From assembly GCA_040386515.1 (NCBI GenBank), contig JAZKFG010000002.1, positions 79,074 through 143,073 on the forward strand: a stretch of 64,000 nt of DNA, given 5' to 3'. The notes below the pieces were generated by a model. That model did not search any database and was not told where the DNA came from. It saw nothing but the letters and a program-made list of their open reading frames with translations. This document shows positions 55,848 through 64,000 of the stretch, piece by piece (position 1 is the first letter of the stretch; every line of letters starts with the position of its first letter). A program made the translations under genes and the position numbers. Origin of the DNA: Patescibacteria group bacterium (GTDB lineage Bacteria > Patescibacteriota > Minisyncoccia > Phycocordibacterales > CAIZLB01).

Positions 55848-58100
55848 ATGAACACAAAACATACACCTGATCCAACAATAGTTAAAGCCTTGCGCGTTTC
55901 AATTATTACTTCCATTTGTATCGCCTTGTGCACACCTCTTATTGTTACGTTGACGCTCTATTTTCCATATATTACAGGTAAGGCATATTTTATGAGAAGC
56001 TTTATCTTGCTCGCTGCAGTTCTGTATACAATGCTTGCTACAATTGATAAAACATATCGTCCAAGAAAATCCGTACTTATGTATTCTGTACTCGGATTTA
56101 TGGCGGTGCTTGCTATATCATGCTTTAACAGTGTAAATCCAATTAAAAGCTTTTGGAGTAACTTCGAGAGAATGGAAGGATTAGTTACTCTATTATATAT
56201 GGGTGCTTTGTTTATAATCAGTGCATCAGTTATCAAGAAGAGAGAATGGACTTGGGTAATGAATGCCTCACTTGCTATATCGGTTGCAGTGGGAATGATG
56301 GGTCTACAGGATTTTGCCAAAGCAGCTCCTGGAGATGTTGTTCGATTGTCTGGAACTCTTGGAAACTCTTCATATCTTGGAGTATATGCACTTATTCATA
56401 TTTTCTTGGCATTGCTTGGACTGCTTATGATTTACAGAGGGAAGAGAGAGGAAGAGCTTTTAAAATCAGGTAATCATGATGCTGCCACACGACTAGACCA
56501 GACTTCATACATATATATGGCCATATATGCTGTCTTGGCTATTTTCAATACATATATAATGTTTAATACAGGTACTCGAGGATCTTTTGTGGGACTTGTA
56601 ATAGGGTTACTTGTAACATCTGGATTTTTGGCCATAAAGGAGAGAAATAAAATATTGCGTTTTGGATCAATGGGTGTACTTGCTGCAGTATTCTTATTTG
56701 TAGTTATTCTTGGAACTTTTAAGAATAGTGATTATGTCGCGGCATCACCAATGCTTTCTCGATTCGGTGCGCTTATTACAACTGATATAAAAGGAGTATT
56801 GGCAACACAAGGGGCTGCACGTACAACGCTATGGCGTATGGCATATCAAGGTGTAAAAGAAAAACCAATGCTAGGATGGGGACAGGATACCTTTGGGTAT
56901 GTATTTGCTAAACACTATGATCCAGCAATGTATCAGCAAGAGCAATGGTTTGATAGATCACATAATGTGTTTATGGATTGGCTTATCTCAGCTGGAGTAT
57001 TGGGACTTATTGGGTATTTGCTTTTGTTTGTGACAGCCATAATTTGCTTATTCTCGTCACGAGCACGATTAACTGTAATTGAAAAATCAATTTTGATGGG
57101 ATTGCTTGCGGCGTACTTTATTCACAATCTTTTTGTATTTGATAACTTGTCAACGTACGTATTATTCTTCGTATTGCTTGGATATATTCATGATAGATAT
57201 ACGCATGATCGAGTAGTATCTGCATCAGAATCAAAGAATGGAGTTGATATGGGTACTCTTATGATTGCAGCAGGATTCTTTGCAGTTCTATGTGCATCAT
57301 ATATTGGCTACAAGACTATATATCAGCCATATGCACAAAATGCAGCATTGATTGATGCGCTACGAATGGCTAATGATCAATCGCAAGTTACAAAGGAAAT
57401 GCTTCCACGAATGAAAAAAGTTCCTATGGACGTAGCCTATGAAGATTTTGTAAAAGTATTTTCATTAGGACATACAGGTGAAGTTGAAGGATATGAGCAG
57501 CTGATGAATGTTGCTCTAGGTGCAGCAACATCAGAGACTGTGTCAGAAGAAACTAAAATTAAATTTATTGAGCTATTCCAAAATCGAATTGTGTACCATC
57601 AGGAACATAATGCAGCTGATCCTCGTTTTGCATTCTTTGCCTCAAACTTCTACTCTAAAGTAGATGCTCTTGATCCTGCTATTGCATACGCAAAGCTTGC
57701 ATACGATCTGTCTCCACAAAAACAATCATTTGCATATTCGCTTGCTGTGCTTGAATACAGAAAGGGAAATATTGCTACTGCTCTACAAATTGTAAAGAAA
57801 GCATATGAAGATGCACCACTGAATTCGGATGCATTCTCTTATTACGTATCGACTCTACTTGAAGAAGCTAAGACTGCAAAGGGAACATCATACGATGCAG
57901 TTAAGCTCGGAGGTATTGCACAGGTACTTGCTGATGGGTATACAAAATACAATCAAACATTGGTTATTGACCAAAGATTCTGGGATGTATTTATGACAAC
58001 AGGACATGAGAAGTCTGCAAAGCTTCTTGCTAATCGATTGGCTGAACTTATTCCTGAGAAAAAGGCTGAATTTGCTACATTTACGACTGTGAAGAAATAG
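55848..58100 (+). CDS. Wzy_C-family membrane protein (O-antigen ligase / polymerase / O-oligosaccharyltransferase superfamily) fused to a C-terminal TPR-like soluble domain
   Basis: About 12 TM helices with a large loop containing RSHNVFMDWLISAGVLGLIGY (the H-N..L..G..G signature of Wzy_C). The C-terminal 330 aa are helical-repeat (TPR-like). Confidence 0.55.
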   Translation: MNTKHTPDPTIVKALRVSIITSICIALCTPLIVTLTLYFPYITGKAYFMRSFILLAAVLYTMLATIDKTYRPRKSVLMYSVLGFMAVLAISCFNSVNPIKSFWSNFERMEGLVTLLYMGALFIISASVIKKREWTWVMNASLAISVAVGMMGLQDFAKAAPGDVVRLSGTLGNSSYLGVYALIHIFLALLGLLMIYRGKREEELLKSGNHDAATRLDQTSYIYMAIYAVLAIFNTYIMFNTGTRGSFVGLVIGLLVTSGFLAIKERNKILRFGSMGVLAAVFLFVVILGTFKNSDYVAASPMLSRFGALITTDIKGVLATQGAARTTLWRMAYQGVKEKPMLGWGQDTFGYVFAKHYDPAMYQQEQWFDRSHNVFMDWLISAGVLGLIGYLLLFVTAIICLFSSRARLTVIEKSILMGLLAAYFIHNLFVFDNLSTYVLFFVLLGYIHDRYTHDRVVSASESKNGVDMGTLMIAAGFFAVLCASYIGYKTIYQPYAQNAALIDALRMANDQSQVTKEMLPRMKKVPMDVAYEDFVKVFSLGHTGEVEGYEQLMNVALGAATSETVSEETKIKFIELFQNRIVYHQEHNAADPRFAFFASNFYSKVDALDPAIAYAKLAYDLSPQKQSFAYSLAVLEYRKGNIATALQIVKKAYEDAPLNSDAFSYYVSTLLEEAKTAKGTSYDAVKLGGIAQVLADGYTKYNQTLVIDQRFWDVFMTTGHEKSAKLLANRLAELIPEKKAEFATFTTVKK

Positions 58101-58175
58101 TGAAGTTTGCTTGACATATCTGTATCATGTGGTAGACATAAAGTATGCCGACATCTGGTGTGATTCTGATCCAGT

Positions 58176-59420
58176 GTGGATCTTGATACACGCCTAAACT
58201 CTGAAACCACGAACCTAATAAACCTCATGAAAACGTTAAAAAACTTGGTGATGTATTTCATTGCCTGGGCACTATTGACTGTGCCTACTTTCGCCCTTGA
58301 TACATTCGAGGGAATGATTACATTCAGCCGCACATTGACTATGAAGTCTGCGGTCGAATTGCTGGTACCTGACTACAATGTTGTGTGCCCTAGTCGAGTT
58401 CATCCTCGCGGCATTCGGCATACGGTGGATACTTCCTACTATATCGAAGGTTTCTTCAGACGCGGAAAAGGAGAATTCGTTCTCCGAGAAGTATGGCCAA
58501 CGAAGACTATAGAAGAGGGGAGGTTGAAGGCGTCCGGTAAGGTGAAAGAAATTTCTCCTACACCCGATCCTGTGACACCTCCTATTACTCCTCCTCTGGC
58601 TGAACAACCTAAACCTCTTCCACCTGTGACTCCTCCGATTGCTGCTGCTCCTGCACCAGTAATTGATTCTCCTGCCTCTGAAATTTCTGAAAACGTTATC
58701 GACATGTTTACGTCTTTCTCTGCACCTCCGCCTACTGCCTCTTTCGAGACGGTATTCGCACAAACCACTTTTCCGTCTACAACGACGACCATTGGTTCGT
58801 TCGAAAACTTTAACTTCACAGAGCCGGTAGATGAGGGAGTTGCTCTTGATGGAAAGATTGTCTTTGAGGACAACATTGATTTGTCCAAGACAATTAAAGG
58901 TGATGGTCCTGTCATACAGAATTCTCAACCTGGGAATGCATTTTCTACAACTGATACGCAACCTGCAAAACCCTCCCCTCAAGAAGGTCCAATGATTTTT
59001 CCTTCAAAAAATGATCGGAGAAGCATTGCTGAAAGTAATGCGGCGAAAATTGATGCAGTAAGTTCTACGACTAGTGAAGAAACTGGAGCCGCTGTGGTTA
59101 AAAAACATTTGACTGCAGATCAGTTCGTGATGATTATTGTCGGATGTGTTGCACTCGCAGCGTACTTGTTGTATCTCCTGTGGCATAAACGTGTCTGGAG
59201 AAAAATTTTTTCAAAAGACGAACTGGGTATTGGTGTTGAAAGTAAATTACCTACAGTGAATACTTTTCCTATTGCTGCACCTGCACCATCACCAGGTAAA
59301 ACAATTTTGCCTCCAGAGAAAAAACCTCTGCCGGAAAGAAAGCCTGTTGACGCTCAAGCATCGCACTCAAGGGAACACTTGCTAAGTACCTTCGGTGTCC
59401 AAGTTGATGACGAATCATGA
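58176..59420 (+). CDS. Pro-rich surface protein with a signal peptide and a C-terminal TM anchor
   Basis: VTPPITPP/VTPPIAAAPAP repeats; C-terminal FVMIIVGCVALAAYLLYLLWHKR TM. Confidence 0.45.
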   Translation: MDLDTRLNSETTNLINLMKTLKNLVMYFIAWALLTVPTFALDTFEGMITFSRTLTMKSAVELLVPDYNVVCPSRVHPRGIRHTVDTSYYIEGFFRRGKGEFVLREVWPTKTIEEGRLKASGKVKEISPTPDPVTPPITPPLAEQPKPLPPVTPPIAAAPAPVIDSPASEISENVIDMFTSFSAPPPTASFETVFAQTTFPSTTTTIGSFENFNFTEPVDEGVALDGKIVFEDNIDLSKTIKGDGPVIQNSQPGNAFSTTDTQPAKPSPQEGPMIFPSKNDRRSIAESNAAKIDAVSSTTSEETGAAVVKKHLTADQFVMIIVGCVALAAYLLYLLWHKRVWRKIFSKDELGIGVESKLPTVNTFPIAAPAPSPGKTILPPEKKPLPERKPVDAQASHSREHLLSTFGVQVDDES

Positions 59421-59460
59421 TCAGTTGCTACAGAATAAAAAACTGTCAGCAAAAAATTTC

Positions 59461-59505
59461 AGTCCGCACTCCTCCTAGTTGGGGAGGCGGACTTTTTCTT
59501 TTTCC
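59461..59505 (+). terminator. Intrinsic terminator
   Basis: AGTCCGCACTCCTCC-TAGTT-GGGGAGGCGGACT stem-loop followed by TTTTTCTTTTTCC. Confidence 0.6.
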
Positions 59506-59626
59506 AATTTTCATACAAACACAAAGAAAATATTTTTTTATTTTATATTTTTACAGAAAAAATTTAGAAAAAAATAAAAATAATTTTAAAAAATAATTAT
59601 CCACAATTTATTTTCGTAAAAAAAGT

Positions 59627-59655
59627 TTGCATGCAAAAAAAATATGCGCGATAAT
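59627..59655 (+). promoter_or_regulatory. Candidate sigma70-like promoter (TTGCAT -17 nt- GATAAT) within a 230-bp very AT-rich spacer
   Basis: Hexamers read directly; poly-A tracts throughout 59510..59740. Confidence 0.25.
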
Positions 59656-59740
59656 ATAAGTACGTGTTGAGAAAAATATTTGTCGAATATTTTAATCACG
59701 CACGCAATAGTTCTTTATAAAAATATTTTCAAAAAAAATT

Positions 59741-59875
59741 ATGGCAGTAAAAAAAGCAGCTAAGAAAACTACTAAGAAAGCAGCTCCTAAAAAAGCAGCT
59801 AAGAAAGTAGTTAAGAAAGCAGTTAAGAAAGCGGCTCCTAAAAAAGCAGCTAAGAAAACTACAAAAAAGAAATAG
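59741..59875 (+). CDS. Small (44 aa) Lys/Ala-repeat protein, histone H1/Hc1-like low-complexity DNA-binding-type peptide
   Basis: MAVKKAAKKTTKKAAPKKAAKKVVKKAVKKAAPKKAAKKTTKKK, with a TAG stop at 59873. Confidence 0.35.
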   Translation: MAVKKAAKKTTKKAAPKKAAKKVVKKAVKKAAPKKAAKKTTKKK

Positions 59876-59962
59876 TCTTACCACTATTCCACTTGCAAAA
59901 CACGCAATGTCCCAAAAAGACAGAGCGTGTTTTGCTTTTGGATATATGGTATATATATACCT

Positions 59963-62239
59963 ATGAATTTACTTAATATATTCGGATCACCGATAAAGAA
60001 ATATCAGAAAATAGCCCTAGAAATCAACGATCTTGAGAAAAACCTTACAGATCTTAGTGATGAGGCGCTTAAAGAGAAGTCGTTAGAGCTCAAGGGTAAG
60101 CTTGCCAATGCAAGTAAAGAATTGCTCGCAGAGAATTTACCTATGGCGTTTGCTCTTGTTCGTGAGTCTGCTAAAAGAACACTTAATCAGCGACACTATG
60201 ATGTGCAGCTTGTTGGAGGTATGATTTTGCATGATGGAAATGTAGCAGAAATGAAAACAGGAGAAGGAAAGACACAGATGGCAACTCTCCCTACATATCT
60301 TAACGCTCTGACAGGTCTTGGTGTGCATGTGGTTACAGTGAACGATTATCTTTCGCGGCGAGATGCAGCATGGATGGGACAGATTTATTATGCACTTGGA
60401 TTAACAACTTCAGTTATTACTCAGGATCAAGCATATATGTATGATCCAACTCACGTGAGTGCGGAAACAGAAAAGACAGAAGATGAACTTGGAAGCTTTA
60501 AAGTTGGATATGAATTTTTGCGTCCTTGTACAAAGCGAGAAGCATATGAAGCAGACATAACATATGGAACTAACAGTGCATTTGGATTCGATTATCTATT
60601 TGATAACATCAGTGCTCATAAAAACGACCTGCGACAGAGACTTCCTAACTATGCAATTATCGACGAAGCTGACTCTATTCTTATTGACGAGGCACGTACA
60701 CCTCTTATTGTCTCTCAACCTGCAGCAGAATCAGATGAAATGTATAAGACATTTGCAAAACTAGTTAGAGGAATGAAAAGAGATGAGCATTATACAGTTG
60801 ATGAAAAATTTAGAAATACATTTATTACAGATGAAGGTATTACATTTGCAGAAAAAAGCTTAAATGTATCAGATATGTATTCTCCAGAGCATATTCAGCT
60901 TGTACATCACTTGGAGACTGCTATTAAGGCACTTGCACTCTATCAGAAAGAAGTTGACTACATTATTAAGGATAATGAAGTTATTATCGTTGATGTTTCA
61001 ACTGGACGAATTCAACCAGGACGACGATGGTCAGAAGGAATTCATCAGGCAATTGAAGCAAAGGAAGGTGTGAAAATTCAGCGAGAAAGTAAAACAGCTG
61101 CGTCTATTACATATCAAAACTTCTTTAGACTATATCCAAAGCTTGCAGGTATGACAGGAACAGGACTTACAAGTAGAGAAGAGTTTGTGAAAGTGTATGG
61201 GCTGGACGTACTTGAAGTTCCAACTCATAAGCCTATTGCACGAAAGGATTTACATGATCTTATATATATGACAGAGCTTGGCAAATTTAAAGCCATAGCA
61301 AAGAAAATTAAAGAGCTGAGTGCAAAAGGTCAGCCTGTACTTGTTGGTACAGTTTCTATTGAAAAAAATGAATTGCTTTCAAAGTATTTGAAAATTGCAG
61401 GTGTTCAGCATACACTTTTGAACGCTAAGCCTGAGTTTGCAGAGAAAGAGGGAACAACTGTTGCACAAGCTGGAAAAAAAGGTGCTGTAACTATTGCTAC
61501 AAACATGGCAGGACGAGGAGTTGATATTAAGCTTGGAGGTATTCCATCAACTCAAGAAGAGGCAGATGAGATTCGGTCTCTTGGTGGCTTGTACGTGATT
61601 GGTACAGAGCGTCACGAAGCACGACGAATCGATAATCAGCTTAGAGGGCGATCAGGACGACAGGGAGATCCTGGAGAGACTCAGTTCTATGTATCGCTTG
61701 AAGATAATCTTATGAGAATATTTGCCAACAGTGCCGTTAAAGGACTTATGGCGCGAATGAATCTCCCTGAAGATGAAGCTATTCAGCATCCAATGGTGTC
61801 TCGAGCACTCGAATCCGCACAAAAGAAAATTGAAGGTTTTCATTTTGATAGTCGAAAACAAGTTCTAGAATACGACGATGTACTTAATCAGCAACGACAG
61901 GGAATATATAGACGACGAAGAGCTGTTCTTGTTGCAGAAGGTGAAGAATTAAAAACAATTATAGATGAAATATTAACTCGAAAAGGTTTTGTGCCGAAAG
62001 AAGGTTATGTGCAAGATGAGACATTTTATAGAACTGCACAAACTCTCTGGCTACAAATTGTAGACTATTTCTGGATGAATCATTTGGATGCTATGGATCA
62101 TTTAAGGCAGAGTGTAGGGCTACGAGGAATTGGACAGCGAGATCCTCTGGTTGAATATAAGAGAGAGGGACTTGTTATGTTTAAGGATCTTGAGCAGAAA
62201 GTTGAGAATGAATTTGTTACTGCCCTCGGAAGAATATAG
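59963..62239 (+). CDS. secA: Preprotein translocase ATPase SecA (short form without the C-terminal zinc-binding tail)
   Basis: MKTGEGKT Walker A, DEADSILIDEARTPLI, the IRA/helical wing, GRSGRQGDPG. The start is taken at MNLLNIF rather than the upstream Met of the ORF track. Confidence 0.9.
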   Translation: MNLLNIFGSPIKKYQKIALEINDLEKNLTDLSDEALKEKSLELKGKLANASKELLAENLPMAFALVRESAKRTLNQRHYDVQLVGGMILHDGNVAEMKTGEGKTQMATLPTYLNALTGLGVHVVTVNDYLSRRDAAWMGQIYYALGLTTSVITQDQAYMYDPTHVSAETEKTEDELGSFKVGYEFLRPCTKREAYEADITYGTNSAFGFDYLFDNISAHKNDLRQRLPNYAIIDEADSILIDEARTPLIVSQPAAESDEMYKTFAKLVRGMKRDEHYTVDEKFRNTFITDEGITFAEKSLNVSDMYSPEHIQLVHHLETAIKALALYQKEVDYIIKDNEVIIVDVSTGRIQPGRRWSEGIHQAIEAKEGVKIQRESKTAASITYQNFFRLYPKLAGMTGTGLTSREEFVKVYGLDVLEVPTHKPIARKDLHDLIYMTELGKFKAIAKKIKELSAKGQPVLVGTVSIEKNELLSKYLKIAGVQHTLLNAKPEFAEKEGTTVAQAGKKGAVTIATNMAGRGVDIKLGGIPSTQEEADEIRSLGGLYVIGTERHEARRIDNQLRGRSGRQGDPGETQFYVSLEDNLMRIFANSAVKGLMARMNLPEDEAIQHPMVSRALESAQKKIEGFHFDSRKQVLEYDDVLNQQRQGIYRRRRAVLVAEGEELKTIIDEILTRKGFVPKEGYVQDETFYRTAQTLWLQIVDYFWMNHLDAMDHLRQSVGLRGIGQRDPLVEYKREGLVMFKDLEQKVENEFVTALGRI

Positions 62240-62251
62240 TATACTATATGC

Positions 62252-62509
62252 ATGTCAGAACTAGAGTTAGGAACGTCAAATACCCTTCCAAATCAATTTA
62301 GATCTCGAGTAATTTTAGGTGAATTAAAACATCCTAAGATGCTGGATTTGATTTTGAAAACAGGAATTGTAAAAAATGAAGCAGGAGCCGTAAGGGTCTT
62401 GCTTTTTGGTGCTTTACTTATATTTGCTGCATCAGTTTTTGTTTTTGTATATGCATTTTCAAGCCCTGATTCAGCTACTCCAGAAGAATTATCTAAGCTT
62501 CCTTTTTAA
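62252..62509 (+). CDS. Small membrane protein, pilin-associated family (paralog 2)
   Basis: MSELELGTSNTLPNQFRSRVILGE..GIVKNE followed by a TM helix; immediately upstream of a pilin gene. Confidence 0.5.
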   Translation: MSELELGTSNTLPNQFRSRVILGELKHPKMLDLILKTGIVKNEAGAVRVLLFGALLIFAASVFVFVYAFSSPDSATPEELSKLPF

Positions 62510-62520
62510 AAATAACATAT

Positions 62521-63027
62521 ATGAAATTCAATTCATCGCATAATAAAGGATTTACGCTCATAGAACTTCTTGTTGTGGTTGCTATCATAAGTTTGTTAAG
62601 TTCTATTGTTCTTGCCAGCTTAAAATCAGCAAAGGATAGAGCTGATGTTGCTAAAATCGTAACGGAAGCAAGACAGTTCAAGCAAGCGATGGAAACATAT
62701 AGAGCAAATAACAATTCATATCCGCCAATAACTTCTTCAGCCACATATCTGTATGATTTAAACGATGCTTCTTATCCTGGGGGAACTGTATTCAGAAATG
62801 CTTTATTGCCGTACATAGATATTAATAAAATATCTTTCTTGAAAAAACCAGGTTCTTTCATTCTTCAAGAGTATTATAATGGAGCCACATGTGCAGGGCA
62901 GAATCCTCCTCCAGGTGGGTATATGATTATATTTGCTGAGCCAAAATTGACTACGCAATTTAAAAAATGGCAGTATTCAGACGGAACTCTTGATACAGAT
63001 GGTAGATTTTGTTTTGTAAATGAATAA
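62521..63027 (+). CDS. Type IV pilin / pseudopilin (prepilin-type N-terminal methylation domain)
   Basis: MKFNSSHNKG|FTLIELLVVVAIISLLSSIVLASL with Glu at +5; C-terminal Cys pair (TCAG...RFCF). Confidence 0.75.
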   Translation: MKFNSSHNKGFTLIELLVVVAIISLLSSIVLASLKSAKDRADVAKIVTEARQFKQAMETYRANNNSYPPITSSATYLYDLNDASYPGGTVFRNALLPYIDINKISFLKKPGSFILQEYYNGATCAGQNPPPGGYMIIFAEPKLTTQFKKWQYSDGTLDTDGRFCFVNE

Positions 63028-63073
63028 ACTGCTTGTTGTTGGTCTCTAGGTGCTGGTGTAGTATAATTTAAGC

Positions 63074-63346
63074 ATGTCAGAACTAGAGTTAGGAACATCA
63101 AATACACTCCCAAATCAATTTAGATCTCGAGTAATTTTAGGAGAACCTAAGTCACCAAAAATTCTTGAAATTATTTTAAAAACTGGTGTTGTTAAATCTG
63201 AAAAAGGAGCACTTGTGATTTTGTGTTTATTCGCTGTATTGGTGATTGGTGCCACATGTACAATTCTTGCAAAAACATATTCAACTGAAACACCTCCTAA
63301 GTTAGATCTAGAAGCACTTAAAAATAATCCTGTAATGCCTAAATAG
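63074..63346 (+). CDS. Small membrane protein, pilin-associated family (paralog 3)
   Basis: The first 24 aa are identical to 62252..62509 and the 5' DNA is nearly identical over about 70 nt; TM helix; precedes a pilin gene. Confidence 0.5.
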   Translation: MSELELGTSNTLPNQFRSRVILGEPKSPKILEIILKTGVVKSEKGALVILCLFAVLVIGATCTILAKTYSTETPPKLDLEALKNNPVMPK

Positions 63347-63347
63347 T

Positions 63348-63836
63348 ATGTCTAAGAAAAAACATTACAAAAAAGGATTTACACTCATAGAGCTTCTGGT
63401 AGTGGTAGCAATTATTGGATTGTTGAGTTCTATCGTTTTGGCAAGTCTAAAAACTGCAAAAGATAAGGCCACTGCTTCAAAAATTGTACAAGAAACTCAG
63501 CAATATAAACGAGCTATGGAAACATTTAGAACTAATAACGGGTTCTATCCTGGTCCTCAGGCTGTAGGTGTATATGCCATAATGCCTGATGCTGCAATTG
63601 CTGCTGCTTTAGCACCATACATAGATATCAATAAAATGTTGATATTTAAAACAGAGTCATATCAATTATCGCCTTTATATGTGCCAAATGTGTATACATG
63701 CGCGGGTGTTAATGCTCCTGATGGAGGATATATGATATTGATAACAAACCCTGTACTTAAAAATGAGCTCAAGCAATGGTATGCAAATGGCACAGTATAC
63801 AGTAACGGTGAGAGATTTTGTTTTATTAATGATTAA
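63348..63836 (+). CDS. Type IV pilin / pseudopilin
   Basis: MSKKKHYKKG|FTLIELLVVVAIIGLLSSIVLASL; C-terminal YTCAG...RFCFIND. Confidence 0.75.
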   Translation: MSKKKHYKKGFTLIELLVVVAIIGLLSSIVLASLKTAKDKATASKIVQETQQYKRAMETFRTNNGFYPGPQAVGVYAIMPDAAIAAALAPYIDINKMLIFKTESYQLSPLYVPNVYTCAGVNAPDGGYMILITNPVLKNELKQWYANGTVYSNGERFCFIND

Positions 63837-63846
63837 TACTCTTATA

Positions 63847-64000
63847 TGACTTTACGAACATCTTACAATAAAGGATTTACACTCATAGAACTTCTGGTTG
63901 TGATTTCTATTATCAGTCTTTTAAGTTCAATAGTGTTGGCCAGCCTTCAATCTGCTAAAAACAGAGCACAAGCAACAAAAGTTGTCTCAGAGGTTAGACA
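63847..64000 (+). CDS. Type IV pilin-like protein, 3' truncated by the window end
   Basis: MTLRTSYNKG|FTLIELLVVISIISLLSSIVLASLQSAKNRAQATK. Confidence 0.6.

Noticed and set aside
58272-58982. 236-aa and 158-aa minus-strand ORFs inside the Pro-rich protein gene 58176..59420
   Set aside because: Arg/Cys-rich translation typical of the reverse frame of a CCN/ACN-rich Pro/Thr coding region; no independent signals.
59510-59740. Possible CRISPR-like or tandem repeat array in the AT-rich spacer
   Set aside because: Only irregular A/T homopolymer tracts; no repeat-spacer periodicity or conserved repeat unit.

Overview
This is a low-GC (roughly 35% by eye) bacterial chromosomal segment that is densely coded on both strands. 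It combines compact housekeeping genes (pheS/pheT, gyrB, valS, typA, rpsP-KH, mreB-mreC-PBP2, a short uvrC, frr, rseP, a DacA-like peptidase, secA, secG, one tRNA-Glu) with a large load of cell-surface genes. Many aaRS/UvrC/SecA forms are shortened and type IV pilins are abundant. Together with a sortase and no LPS-core genes, this suggests a reduced-genome Gram-positive-like or Patescibacteria/CPR-like organism, though that is inference only.

Five things stand out:
- (i) A roughly 12 kb glycan locus (46.1-58.1 kb) with a Wzx flippase and a Wzy_C-family membrane protein fused to a TPR domain. It carries GT2, two GT25, two GT32, two DUF1792-like and three methyltransferase genes arranged as diverged paralog pairs. 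This may be a Wzx/Wzy polysaccharide system or a PglL-like O-glycosylation system.
- (ii) At least five type IV pilin-like genes. Two are fused to LamG lectin-like domains. A tandem cassette at the 3' end pairs each pilin with a previously unrecognised small membrane protein family, which has 3 paralogs in the window.
- (iii) A signal-peptide protein with tail-fibre-like GIGTTTP repeats and a C-terminal S74-type intramolecular chaperone domain, sitting next to a LamG pilin.
- (iv) A sharply GC-rich (about 55%) single-gene island at 25.05-25.73 kb, bracketed by hairpins.
- (v) A phosphorolytic mannoside module (eukaryote-type PMM, cupin PMI, GH130, GT4 fusion), and a GH17-GT2 glucan synthase fusion inserted between pheS and pheT.

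No CRISPR array, rRNA or obvious IS element was seen.
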